This document shows positions 34,248 to 43,831 of a stretch of 64,000 nt of DNA, one piece after another. Position numbers and translations under genes: made by a program. Origin of the DNA: a virus (Duplodnaviria; Caudoviricetes); IMG/VR virus record IMGVR_UViG_3300027804_001810, positions 10,771-74,770 of that record. One strand, 5' to 3'. Below the pieces are notes generated by a model that searched no databases, was not told where the DNA came from, and worked only from the letters and a program-made list of their open reading frames with translations. How positions within the stretch are numbered: the first letter of the stretch is position 1; every line of letters begins with the position of its first letter.

Positions 34248-35354
34248 TTATAAAGGCATTCTTGAACCTGGTTTTACTTTCGATCCACTGGGTCTAGCAG
34301 GAGGTACTGGAGTAGTTCTCTTTGCGCCGTATTTGAGCTCGTCTGCTCTTCTTTGCTCTGGTGTGATAAGAGTATTAGATTGCTCAGAAACAATGTTCTG
34401 AATGGTCTCCGAACCCATTTCAAGCATCACATAATGAGCCTCATCTACACTATCTACGTGCCCATTGGCGAGGAGATACTCAAGAACTACATCATAAGCA
34501 TCCATTCCCTCTCCAAAGGGTTTCTTAGCGCCCTGATAACCTGGTGCTACTGGAGGTTGTGTTGTCTTTTTAGCGATATCTGCAGTTTGCTTAATTTCAG
34601 GTGCGGTTGAAAGTGGTTTAGCAAGTGCTGGAGTGCTGCTAGAGAATGCTGTTTTTGTTTGATTTGTTAATGGTTTTGATGCAGCAGATGCTCCAGCTCC
34701 AGCCATTTTTGCTGATTGAAGTGCTTTTTCTGGACCAGCACCAGAAGCTCTTGCTGCTTGAGCTGCCTTAAGTTCTGTAGAAGTTGGTGTTCTTCTTTCA
34801 AATGAGGTTGAACCAAGAGTTCCAGTTGCTGGTGGTTTTGGTGCAGAAGGAGCAGCACTACCACCACGAGCAGTATAACGTGCCTTCTCAGCACCTGTAA
34901 AGGCACCTGCAGTGAATTTACCAGTAGCCTTGTCTAACTTACCTTCAACACCACCTTTTTTTGCCAAAACTACTGAAGAAGGAGCTGGTTTTGCAGCTGC
35001 AGGTGCAGCAGGTCTTGCGGGAGCACCAGGAGAAGCAGGTCTTGCAGGAGCGGCAGGTTTTGATACACCAGATTTTTGTCTGGCAGCTTCCCAAGATTTA
35101 TCAGTTTGAGCACCAGGTTTTGTAAAAAACTTTGTTGCACCTGCATTCGCAGCTGTTTGTAAATAATTTGGTTGTTGTTTTGGTGGTTTTTGTCCTGTAA
35201 AAACTGGGGATGGAGTATTTCTAATAGCAGAAAATACATCCATTTTTTCATCAATCTTCTCAACTTCTTCCGAAAGATTTTCTTGTTGAGGAGCACACAT
35301 TGATGTATATACTTCCATCAATTTACGTGCTTCACTGGTTGAAAGTTCCGACAT
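34248..35354 (-). CDS. Late Ala/Pro/Lys-rich protein, putative internal head protein
   Basis: TATAAATA at 35389-35382; low-complexity core; DAYDVVLEYLLANGH motif shared with 63290..63826. Confidence 0.6.
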   Translation of the reverse strand: MSELSTSEARKLMEVYTSMCAPQQENLSEEVEKIDEKMDVFSAIRNTPSPVFTGQKPPKQQPNYLQTAANAGATKFFTKPGAQTDKSWEAARQKSGVSKPAAPARPASPGAPARPAAPAAAKPAPSSVVLAKKGGVEGKLDKATGKFTAGAFTGAEKARYTARGGSAAPSAPKPPATGTLGSTSFERRTPTSTELKAAQAARASGAGPEKALQSAKMAGAGASAASKPLTNQTKTAFSSSTPALAKPLSTAPEIKQTADIAKKTTQPPVAPGYQGAKKPFGEGMDAYDVVLEYLLANGHVDSVDEAHYVMLEMGSETIQNIVSEQSNTLITPEQRRADELKYGAKRTTPVPPARPSGSKVKPGSRMPL

Positions 35355-35381
35355 TTTTTTCTTTTATTTCTTTTATAATTT

Positions 35382-35415
35382 TATTTATAAAAAAAGAGGG
35401 TCCCGAAGACTCTCA
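35382..35415 (-). terminator. UUCG terminator followed by late promoter
   Basis: GAGAGTC-TTCG-GGACCCTC-T6, then TATAAATA. Confidence 0.75.
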
Positions 35416-35574
35416 ATATACATCATTAGATTTACCATTCATCCAGATATAAGAATAATCACAATCACCAAACAAGAAATCATCGTATTCGGCTGCCCGT
35501 CTATAGGCATTCATTATTTCTTGTTCACACCATTCATCATAATTGGAATCCTGAGAAAGTATCTTTGGTAACAT
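35413..35574 (-). CDS. Small acidic conserved cyanophage protein
   Basis: Start MLPKILSQD at 35574, overlapping the nrdB end. Confidence 0.6.
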   Translation of the reverse strand: MLPKILSQDSNYDEWCEQEIMNAYRRAAEYDDFLFGDCDYSYIWMNGKSNDVY

Positions 35575-36721
35575 CTTGTTTGATTCCTCCGACAATATAC
35601 GATTCGACTTCTGTTTCTTGTGGGGCAACTTGAAGACCCTTAGAACTAATCCAATGCTCAGTCCAAGGAAGTGGATTATTCTTTGCAGAAATATCATAAA
35701 GTGGTTTGAGTCCAATTGCTTTCATTCTACGGTTCGCAATCCATTCGACATACTGTTGTAGCAATTTGTCATTCAAACCAATCATAGATCCATCCTTGAA
35801 CAGATACTCTGCCCAAAGTTTTTCCTGATTCACGGCGTTCTCAAATGTATTATAAACCCACTGCTCTTCTTCTTTAGAGATACGTGCCATTTCTGGATCA
35901 TCACCCTCCTTCCATTTATTCAGAATGTTCTGAGTAATAACCAGATGCTGATTTTCATCACGAGCAATCAGTGAGATGATTTTTGCACTTCCTTCCATAA
36001 GTTTGAGCTCGCCAAACGCAAAACTACAAGCGAAGCTGACGTAAAAGCGAATACCTTCAAGAATATTAACGTTTGCAACTGCTCTGAATAGTTTTCTCTT
36101 GAGTTCATACCTTGCCTCTTGTGCGTATGGTACTTGTTCCAAAGCATGGACCCACTCATGAGATGTGCCATAATGCTGAGCACTATTGATAAAATCATTA
36201 TATGCCTGAGTTACACTCACAGCACGTTCCATAATACGATCCTCTTTCAGAATCGTATCGAACACTTCAGATGGGTCTGAATAAACATTCTTGATGATAT
36301 AAGTGTATGAACGGGAGTGGATCATCTCCATAAACTCCCATACCTTCATACACGCTTCCAGTTCAGGGAGAGAACAGTATGGAGCAAATGCCATACCAGG
36401 TCCACGACCCTGAACGGAATCCAGCATTACCTGATATTTCAGGTTGCTAGTAAAAATATGCTTTTGTTCTGGGCGAAGAGATTGATAATCTCCACGATCT
36501 TTCTGTAAGGAGACCTCTTCTGGTCTCCAAAAATAACCCAGTTGTTGTGTTGTTAGTTTGTCGAAAATTGGATACTTGTAAGAATCATATCTTTGAATTC
36601 CTAGTGGTTGTCCAAAAAACATTGGTTGTTTCTTGGTGTCTACTTCATTGGAGTTAAAAACGGTCATTGACTCGACCACTTGCTTATCCTCCAAACCTGT
36701 TTTAAATCTTACAAGACTCAC
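35537..36721 (-). CDS. nrdB: Ribonucleotide reductase class Ia beta subunit
   Basis: FWRPEEVSL, LDSVQG, EMIHSRSY, LEGIRFYVSFAC, RDENQH and VAPQE. Confidence 0.98.
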   Translation of the reverse strand: MSLVRFKTGLEDKQVVESMTVFNSNEVDTKKQPMFFGQPLGIQRYDSYKYPIFDKLTTQQLGYFWRPEEVSLQKDRGDYQSLRPEQKHIFTSNLKYQVMLDSVQGRGPGMAFAPYCSLPELEACMKVWEFMEMIHSRSYTYIIKNVYSDPSEVFDTILKEDRIMERAVSVTQAYNDFINSAQHYGTSHEWVHALEQVPYAQEARYELKRKLFRAVANVNILEGIRFYVSFACSFAFGELKLMEGSAKIISLIARDENQHLVITQNILNKWKEGDDPEMARISKEEEQWVYNTFENAVNQEKLWAEYLFKDGSMIGLNDKLLQQYVEWIANRRMKAIGLKPLYDISAKNNPLPWTEHWISSKGLQVAPQETEVESYIVGGIKQDVTKDTFSGFQL

Positions 36722-36824
36722 AATCTTCCTCCTCTGTTTAAATTAACTTTTGGAAAAATTCTACACATTCTATTTACCTCCAAAAAATATTTGGGTTTCA
36801 TAATACATTTCTTCTTCATATTCG

Positions 36825-39122
36825 TCAAATTTTACAACTCTCACAATCGTCTTCTTCGGCATTAGAAAGTTCCATAAGAAGTGATTGGAGGTCTTGTTTT
36901 TCTTCAACTACTTCATCAGTTTTATGGTCGTAAGTATTTTGATAATATGCTGTTTTCCAACCATAACGATAGCAAGTCAGAAGGTCCTGTGCCATTACTG
37001 AAGTAGGAACTTCATTATCTGGGTAATTTTCTGGATTATATGACCAGTTTCCAGAAATCGCCTGATCAAAGAACTTTTGCATAACAGCAACAATATGAAT
37101 ATACCCGCGATTGCTAGGCATATCCCACAGAAGCGTATAATTGTTCTTAAGTGTTTGATACTGGGGAACAATTTGCTTGAGTGGTCCCTTCTTCGACTTC
37201 TTAATGGACAAGTATCCGCGAGGTGGTTCGATTCCGTTGGTTGCATTTGACACAACGGAACTGCTCTCCGATGGCATCTGTGCGGACAACGTGCTGTTCC
37301 GTACTCCGTACTGCTTGACCCGCTCACGAAGCGATTCCCAATCATACTTAAGTTCGTTAGGTACAATTTCGTCTACATCTCTCTTGTAAGTATCTATAGG
37401 GAGAATGCCATTGCCATACTTGGTTCGTTGTGAATATTCACACGCACCTTTTTCTTTGGCAAGATCAACAGTTGCCTGAATTAGATAATATTGGAATGCT
37501 TCAGTAAGATCGTGGACCAGTTTCCAAGCACCAGGATCGTCATAATGCTCGCCGTGCTTGGCGAGATAGTGGGCAAGACCAATAAATCCTACCCCAAGCG
37601 AACGACGTGCCCTTGTGGCGATTTCTGCTGCTCTGACGGGGTATCCTTGAAAATCAATGAGTTCATCAAGACTCCTAACAGCAAGATCGCAAAGAACTTC
37701 AAGATCTTCGTTATCCCTAATTTTTCCAACGTTAATAGCACTAAGAATACAGAGAGCAATTTCACCATCGGGATCATCAATATGCTGAATGGGTTTAGTA
37801 GGAAGAGTAATCTCCTGACACAAGTTGCTCATCTCAACCTTATCCATAAAGGATGAGTGAGAGTTGCAGTGATCAATGTTCATAATATAAACACGACCAG
37901 TTTCTGCACGTTCTTTTAGGAGGTCCAAAAAGAGTTCTTGAGCAGCGATAGTTTTTCTTGGAATAGACTCATCTCGTTCATAACGAACATACAACTCGTC
38001 AAATCCATCAGTACCAAAAGCATCATACAGACCAGGAACTGCGTGGGGAGAAAAGAGTGAAACTTCTTCATTGCGGATGAATCGTTCATAGAACAGTTTG
38101 GAGATTTGGATACTGTAGTCTAACTTACGAACTCGATTATCTTCAGTTCCTTTGTTATTTTTTAATACTAGGATATCCTCTATTTCTTGGTGCCAGATTG
38201 GAAAGTGGACAGTTGCTGATCCACCTCTGATGCCATTTTGAGTACAGCATCGGACAGTTGCTTCAAACTTTTTGAGGAAAGGGACAACGCCTGTGTGCTG
38301 AACTTCTCCGCCTCTGATTTTAGCGTTGATGCCCCTGATACGACCTGCGTTGATACCAATTCCTGCTCTTTGAGCAACATAGCGACCAATTGCCATATCA
38401 GAGCTGAAGATGCTATCAAGGGTGTCATCAACATCAACAAGAACACAACTTGCATATTGGCGAAGTGGGGTTCTAACACCTGCCATGATTGGCGTAGGAA
38501 TGTTGATTTTGTGCTTGGAGATTGCATCGTAGTACTTCCTCACGTAATCTAAACGTGTTTCTTTAGGATACTTGGAAAAGATAGTCGCCGCAATCAAAAG
38601 ATACATAAACTGTGGCGTTTCATAAAGTTCGCCAGAACTTCTGTCCTGCACGAGGTACTTATCAACGACTTGACGTAGACCTGCGTAAGTAAACAGATAG
38701 TCACGACTATGATCAATGAACGACTCAAGTTTATCAAACTCTTCATCGGTATACAGGGTAAGAATTTCTGGGTCATAGACGCCTCTACCAACGGCACGAA
38801 GCACGTGCTGCTTGACCGTAGGGCATTCGTGCATACGACCAAACAACTGCTTGCGGAGAGCGAACAGAAGCAGGCGAGCAGCGACGAACTGATAGTTGGG
38901 GTGATCCAGATCAATCAGGTCAGAAGCAGAACGAATCAGAATCTCCTGAATCTCTGCGGTGGTGATGCCATCATAGAATTGAATGCCTGACTGCATCTCT
39001 ACCTGAGATGCTGATACACCTGCTAGGTCTTTGCAGGCTTCTTCCACCATAACGTGGAGTTTATTTAGATCAAGGGGTTCAGTTTTACCATTTCTCTTAA
39101 CGACTTTCGTTCCGTTGCTCAT
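36825..39122 (-). CDS. nrdA: Ribonucleotide reductase class Ia alpha subunit with ATP cone
   Basis: VVKRNG ATP cone, SNLCQEI catalytic motif, QMPSESSS and C-terminal CESCKI. Confidence 0.98.
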   Translation of the reverse strand: MSNGTKVVKRNGKTEPLDLNKLHVMVEEACKDLAGVSASQVEMQSGIQFYDGITTAEIQEILIRSASDLIDLDHPNYQFVAARLLLFALRKQLFGRMHECPTVKQHVLRAVGRGVYDPEILTLYTDEEFDKLESFIDHSRDYLFTYAGLRQVVDKYLVQDRSSGELYETPQFMYLLIAATIFSKYPKETRLDYVRKYYDAISKHKINIPTPIMAGVRTPLRQYASCVLVDVDDTLDSIFSSDMAIGRYVAQRAGIGINAGRIRGINAKIRGGEVQHTGVVPFLKKFEATVRCCTQNGIRGGSATVHFPIWHQEIEDILVLKNNKGTEDNRVRKLDYSIQISKLFYERFIRNEEVSLFSPHAVPGLYDAFGTDGFDELYVRYERDESIPRKTIAAQELFLDLLKERAETGRVYIMNIDHCNSHSSFMDKVEMSNLCQEITLPTKPIQHIDDPDGEIALCILSAINVGKIRDNEDLEVLCDLAVRSLDELIDFQGYPVRAAEIATRARRSLGVGFIGLAHYLAKHGEHYDDPGAWKLVHDLTEAFQYYLIQATVDLAKEKGACEYSQRTKYGNGILPIDTYKRDVDEIVPNELKYDWESLRERVKQYGVRNSTLSAQMPSESSSVVSNATNGIEPPRGYLSIKKSKKGPLKQIVPQYQTLKNNYTLLWDMPSNRGYIHIVAVMQKFFDQAISGNWSYNPENYPDNEVPTSVMAQDLLTCYRYGWKTAYYQNTYDHKTDEVVEEKQDLQSLLMELSNAEEDDCESCKI

Positions 39123-40090
39123 ATTTTCTTCCAGTTGTTAAACTTAATTTTTGCTTCTAGACCTGTGTATGTATTTGATTTTAACACATCCATAACGTTA
39201 AGTCCAGCCAAAACCATATCATTAATATCTTTTTGCTGGATTGATGTTGGCCAAATAATCACCTTGTCTCCTCTGTTGATGGTTTTTGATATTCGGTTGA
39301 CGATTTCTCGATTACGTGGTTCGTTATCAAAAACGTAAATATAATCGCTCCAATTAAACGACCCAATATCAACGTCGGACCCACACATAGCAACAGCGTT
39401 TTGTACAAACGTGGAGTCGAAGGGTCCTTCAACAATGTAAATGGGTTCCGAAGAATCCACTTGGTCCAGTCCATAAAGTTTGGGCGAATCATCAGAGAGC
39501 ATCACGGTAATGTATTTAACAGGGTTAGGACCCAGTGCTCTTCCCTGAAACCCAATCAAGTTAGAGTCTGTATCATACATTGGTATAATAATGCGACTCT
39601 CATCCCTACCGATAGTGTCAAATGTAAGTTTTTGAGTGTTCGTCCACTCCTTAAATTTGTCAGCAAAATAAAACTTTTCTGGGTTGAGTTTCCTCTTTTC
39701 CAGATATTCTCTAGCGATTGAAACCTCTGATGCTTTGGGTAAATCCAGTTTCTTTTTAAAGACTGGTTTCGCAAACTCAAACTTGGGTTCCTCAACCACA
39801 AAGTTTCTACCCGTATGCCCTTCTTTAAACTTCTCAAGAGTATATTGCTTATGAAGCGTAGGATCTAACTCCTTGAGAAAATTATTGAAGGATAAACTTG
39901 CTCCACAGTTATGACACTTAAAGTTCGTGTTATTCTTGACGGGGTATAAGTATCCTCGTGCCTTTGTTTTGTTACGTTGAGAGTCACCACATATAGGGCA
40001 GCGGAAATTGTAGAGATCTGCTTTGACCCTCTTGAATTTTTGAAGACGCGAAGATACGAGTCCAATATACTTGGAGTCAATCAGATCCAT
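39119..40090 (-). CDS. 61: DNA primase gp61
   Basis: Zn finger CPICGDS...CHNC; TOPRIM VEGPFDS, DNEPRN and KDINDM. Confidence 0.95.
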   Translation of the reverse strand: MDLIDSKYIGLVSSRLQKFKRVKADLYNFRCPICGDSQRNKTKARGYLYPVKNNTNFKCHNCGASLSFNNFLKELDPTLHKQYTLEKFKEGHTGRNFVVEEPKFEFAKPVFKKKLDLPKASEVSIAREYLEKRKLNPEKFYFADKFKEWTNTQKLTFDTIGRDESRIIIPMYDTDSNLIGFQGRALGPNPVKYITVMLSDDSPKLYGLDQVDSSEPIYIVEGPFDSTFVQNAVAMCGSDVDIGSFNWSDYIYVFDNEPRNREIVNRISKTINRGDKVIIWPTSIQQKDINDMVLAGLNVMDVLKSNTYTGLEAKIKFNNWKKI

Positions 40091-40103
40091 TATAAAAAGG
40101 TTA

Positions 40104-40517
40104 TTACTTCGTGCGTTCTATTGTAGCAGGAGTTGGCGTAGGGGTCAAGAAAGTTCTAACGACTGGAATGATATTAATAACTATTAAAGCAGAGGCAATA
40201 ATCGCTCCAAATTGCCATCTAAATTTTTTAAGTTCTTCTACTACTTTTTCTAAAGTTTCTATTCTTAATACAACTGCTTTATGATCTTCTTTATTTTCTG
40301 TCTTTAGATCTTCAATCATTTTAACAAGAAGTTCATCAGTCTTTATACTTTGCTCAATCCTCTCATCATGCTTTGCAAGAATTGTAGCAATACGTGAATT
40401 GCCTTCTGATATTTTATCTACCGCTGCCTCTAATTTGGCAAGCATTTCGCGGGATAAGTCTTCATAAATGCCGAGTTTAGATTCAAGAACCGCTAATTTT
40501 GATTCTTGGGAAAACAT
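40104..40517 (-). CDS. Coiled-coil protein with C-terminal TM
   Basis: Heptad repeats followed by WQFGAIIASALIVINII. Confidence 0.7.
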   Translation of the reverse strand: MFSQESKLAVLESKLGIYEDLSREMLAKLEAAVDKISEGNSRIATILAKHDERIEQSIKTDELLVKMIEDLKTENKEDHKAVVLRIETLEKVVEELKKFRWQFGAIIASALIVINIIPVVRTFLTPTPTPATIERTK

Positions 40518-40518
40518 T

Positions 40519-40791
40519 TTACTTTAGTCCTTTTCTCCAACGTGTTCTTGCGCCAGGATATGTACCTTTACCGATTATTTGTGGTGCCTTTCTTCTAGTT
40601 AATCCCATCACAGAATTTTTTTTATCTTTAAAGACTGGTGGAGTTTCCGTATTTGGATTGAATCCAAGACCAGCGGTGTTTGCAGAATTTGTTGGCACTG
40701 CTGCAGCACCAGCATCTTCTTTCAATTCACGAATAATTTGAATTAATTTATCTACCTTATCCATTAAATTTCTTGCAATTGAGAAAGACAC
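40519..40791 (-). CDS. Cyanophage hypothetical (late, VPTNS/IREDA-type) protein
   Basis: ORF track. Confidence 0.65.
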   Translation of the reverse strand: MSFSIARNLMDKVDKLIQIIRELKEDAGAAAVPTNSANTAGLGFNPNTETPPVFKDKKNSVMGLTRRKAPQIIGKGTYPGARTRWRKGLK

Positions 40792-41135
40792 TCATTATCT
40801 TCTAGAATATCATGAATTTGAGTTCTAGGATATTCCGGAAAACGATTTAAAAATAAAAGAAAACTTTTAATTGATGGCCATAATTCCTTTTCTAAATTAT
40901 AGAAAAGTAAAGGAACTGCAGCGTCATTAAAAACATTAAACAGTATAATCAAATGATTTAAAATTAAATGAGTTTTTAATTCACCAGTGTTCTTATATTT
41001 TTTCAATAATCTTTTTATATAACGAATTCTTTTCAAATCAGTTTCAAAATCCTCCATCGTCACCGCTTGAGGATTATCATAGAATTTTATAGCAAATAAC
41101 ATGTAATTGTCTTCATTCAATTCATCAAATCTCAT
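40764..41135 (-). CDS. Conserved T4-like core hypothetical protein
   Basis: FAIKFYDNP...EDF..DLKRI.YIKRLL...LILNHLIIL.NVF. Confidence 0.8.
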   Translation of the reverse strand: MRFDELNEDNYMLFAIKFYDNPQAVTMEDFETDLKRIRYIKRLLKKYKNTGELKTHLILNHLIILFNVFNDAAVPLLFYNLEKELWPSIKSFLLFLNRFPEYPRTQIHDILEDNECLSQLQEI

Positions 41136-41142
41136 AAATTAA

Positions 41143-41910
41143 TTATCTTGGTGTAGGATACAGAATGCTATCAACTCCTGTGGAAATTCCAGATCCAGCT
41201 ACTAAAACTTCACTCTTAACTCTTAGATTTCCATGAGTATCACGATAGGTTAGAATACCAACCCAACCCTGGTGTGTAAATCCACTATATCCAACAGCGA
41301 CGGAAGACGTGCTGGTAGAAATACCATAAACTTGCTTATCATATCCACCAGTATATCTCTTAAATGTAAGAGTAGCACCAGTAGCAATTCCAGCACCAAT
41401 GGTTGAGGCTAAGGTTACTTGTGTAGAACTGACGCTTGAAATTAAAACATCAACACCATTATTTAATAGTGTATCTCCAGCAAGAACATCAACACCGACA
41501 GTATTAAGTCTTACAATATTTGTTCCAATTCCAGAATTTGTAGATGCCGTTCCCGTTACACCAAAATTATTAAGAGTCTGTGCCCTATCAAGTTTATTAC
41601 TGTATCTGTAGTCAAGAACTGTATACTTAGGAAGTTCACTAATATAAAAACTTGTTGCAGCGATTGCAGCCCCGCTTAAACCAGCGGTAGATCCGATGGT
41701 AAGTTGAGTAGTGCTTGCGATTCCAACAATTACAGCATCTCCAAAATATGTTCCACCACTACCTCTAAATCCAAAACGAATAACATCGCCAGTCTTAGCA
41801 GCTCCGACATTGCCGAATGTTGTTCCAGTTCCAGTAACGATTCCAGTTGCATAGTTCAGAGTTACCGTTCCACCTGAACCTTTATTATCATTATTTCCCC
41901 AGAGAGACAT
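41143..41910 (-). CDS. Virion structural protein (MSLWG...HxGWV family)
   Basis: MSLWGNND start, HQGWVG, RVKSEVLVA; late promoter TATAAATA at 41952-41945. Confidence 0.65.
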   Translation of the reverse strand: MSLWGNNDNKGSGGTVTLNYATGIVTGTGTTFGNVGAAKTGDVIRFGFRGSGGTYFGDAVIVGIASTTQLTIGSTAGLSGAAIAATSFYISELPKYTVLDYRYSNKLDRAQTLNNFGVTGTASTNSGIGTNIVRLNTVGVDVLAGDTLLNNGVDVLISSVSSTQVTLASTIGAGIATGATLTFKRYTGGYDKQVYGISTSTSSVAVGYSGFTHQGWVGILTYRDTHGNLRVKSEVLVAGSGISTGVDSILYPTPR

Positions 41911-41986
41911 GTGCCTTACCTGTAAATTTCTTTTATTATATTGATATTTATAAAAAAAGGAGACCTTAAGTTTGGTCTCCTTCTAT

Positions 41987-42172
41987 TTAGTTTCCAGGAG
42001 TTAAATCTTTAGCACCCTTATTCTTCAATTGTCCTTGGACTTGTAAAAGAATGAGTGAAAGAATACCGTTTGATTTTACCTTTGGGTTTGCTCCAAGTGC
42101 TTCCGAAACTGCAAAAAGAACAGTTGCGATAAGTGCCTGATTTGCTAAACACCAAGCGACTAATGCCGACAT
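41987..42172 (-). CDS. Small hydrophobic late protein
   Basis: LFAVSEALGANPKVKSNG; CATAAATA upstream. Confidence 0.65.
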   Translation of the reverse strand: MSALVAWCLANQALIATVLFAVSEALGANPKVKSNGILSLILLQVQGQLKNKGAKDLTPGN

Positions 42173-42212
42173 GATGACCTCCGTGTGAAGAGTATCCTCT
42201 CCTATTTATGAA

Positions 42213-43817
42213 TCACATTAATGATCCTTTGCCATGTTTAGCAATAATAGATTGCCTTACAAGGTCTATTGCAGAAGGAGCACTTGATCTTCTTTTTCTC
42301 TTGCGTTGAGTTCCTGGTGCAGGTGCAGGTCTTGCAGGTTTCTGATCCTGATTAGCACTCACACCACCAACTTCTTGTCTTCTATCTCTTGCTCTATCAT
42401 ACTCTTCCTCACCAAGGACTTCACCTTCTGGTTCATAAGAATTATTTTGCGCCTGCCTCAATTGTTGCATATTTCCACCTGTTGCAAGTGGAAGTGTATT
42501 ATTCTTTGTTGCATTATCAAGTGCTTTTTTCACTGGCTTATCAAAAACTCTTTTAGCTATTGCTGGTGCGGCAAGAAGAGCAGCACCTGCGGCAAGTGCT
42601 GGGAGCATTTCATCGATTTGCTCACCTTCTGGTTCATAAGAACACTTAAGACCCATTGCTCTCAATTTGTTTTTGGCAAGATTTACAGCAGTTGGAATTG
42701 AACGAGGATCCATTTCATCCTGCTCTTTCTTTGCTTTTTTATCTGCTTGAGCGACTGTTTCTTCAGCGACTCTTTTTGCTACAGAAGTTGCAATAGCATA
42801 AGTCTTGGCAGTTTTACCATACTTTTTTTTCAAACTTTTAGCAATTTCTTCTTTCTTTGCCGTTTCTGCTGCTGTCAAAGTTTTTTCTTGAATTAACTTA
42901 TTAAGTTTAATCTCAGCTTCTGAAAGAGGATTACCTAGCATATCATAATGAGCGACTTGCATAAATGACGAGGATTTCTTTCCACTACCAGGAACTTCTG
43001 GTGCAATTACAACTTTATTTTGCCCCTTCATTACATCAATTTTTTTGGTATTCGCATCTGGATTATCTTTTTCAGTATTCACTTCACCAAGAAACTCTTC
43101 TTTTTGGGTTCCTCTAGCAGCAATTGCAGCACCACGCGCTTTTCTACGATTTAAAAGATACTTATCAGACTTATCCTTATCACCATCATTATCCACATCA
43201 CCATCTTCTTTTCCTACTGGATCTAAACCTTTACCTGCCTTTACTCTTGCAGTATTTGCACCCTTTGTTTTTTCTTTTTCAGAATCCAACTTGCGCTCAC
43301 TCATTTCAACTGAAGCGATATTTGGATTCGCACGAAGTTCGGCAATCTTTTCACGAGTTGCATCACGCGTATAAGTATTTCCAGTTTTCTTATCAGTTAC
43401 AATAATATGATAGAGTCTTTCTCCTTGTCTATTAACCTTTGAATATGCTTCCTTTAATTCTTTTACTTGCTCCTCAATATTTGGTGTCGATTTCTCTACA
43501 AAAACTTTATACAGTGCATTTGCAACACTTTCTGTTGCCAATTCTGCACCATTATCAAATTCTTCTTTTCTTACAGCAGGTTTAGGAGCTCCCATCAATT
43601 TTTTCTTTGCAAGTGCCTTAACTGGACCTGGAGCGGGAGATTTTGCCAATTGAGCAAGGTATGCTTTGGAAACCTGAGCAGGATTCATGTGGGTTGCACC
43701 ACTCATGCTTTTTTTAACCTTATACTTCACATCAGAAGCAAGTTGAGATGCTTGCTTTTCAACATCAGTATCACCAGCGGCGTGTCCACGATGAGGTCCA
43801 CCTGTAATTTTAGCCAT
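42213..43817 (-). CDS. Late, charged modular protein (putative prohead core/internal protein)
   Basis: GKEDGDVDNDGDKDKSDKYL motif; two YEPEGE motifs; CATAAATA at 43856-43849. Confidence 0.6.
   Translation of the reverse strand: MAKITGGPHRGHAAGDTDVEKQASQLASDVKYKVKKSMSGATHMNPAQVSKAYLAQLAKSPAPGPVKALAKKKLMGAPKPAVRKEEFDNGAELATESVANALYKVFVEKSTPNIEEQVKELKEAYSKVNRQGERLYHIIVTDKKTGNTYTRDATREKIAELRANPNIASVEMSERKLDSEKEKTKGANTARVKAGKGLDPVGKEDGDVDNDGDKDKSDKYLLNRRKARGAAIAARGTQKEEFLGEVNTEKDNPDANTKKIDVMKGQNKVVIAPEVPGSGKKSSSFMQVAHYDMLGNPLSEAEIKLNKLIQEKTLTAAETAKKEEIAKSLKKKYGKTAKTYAIATSVAKRVAEETVAQADKKAKKEQDEMDPRSIPTAVNLAKNKLRAMGLKCSYEPEGEQIDEMLPALAAGAALLAAPAIAKRVFDKPVKKALDNATKNNTLPLATGGNMQQLRQAQNNSYEPEGEVLGEEEYDRARDRRQEVGGVSANQDQKPARPAPAPGTQRKRKRRSSAPSAIDLVRQSIIAKHGKGSLM
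42421..42642. repeat. 21-bp direct repeat encoding SYEPEGE
   Basis: TCACCTTCTGGTTCATAAGAA at 42421-42441 and 42622-42642. Confidence 0.8.
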
Positions 43818-43831
43818 GGAAATTTTTTACT

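Noticed and set aside
34840-35110. GCAGG-periodic region as a tandem DNA repeat
   Set aside because: Explained by Pro/Ala-rich coding (PAAPARPA).
36722-36824. 33-codon ORF between nrdA and nrdB
   Set aside because: Short, with no motif; it overlaps the nrdB RBS region and may be chance.
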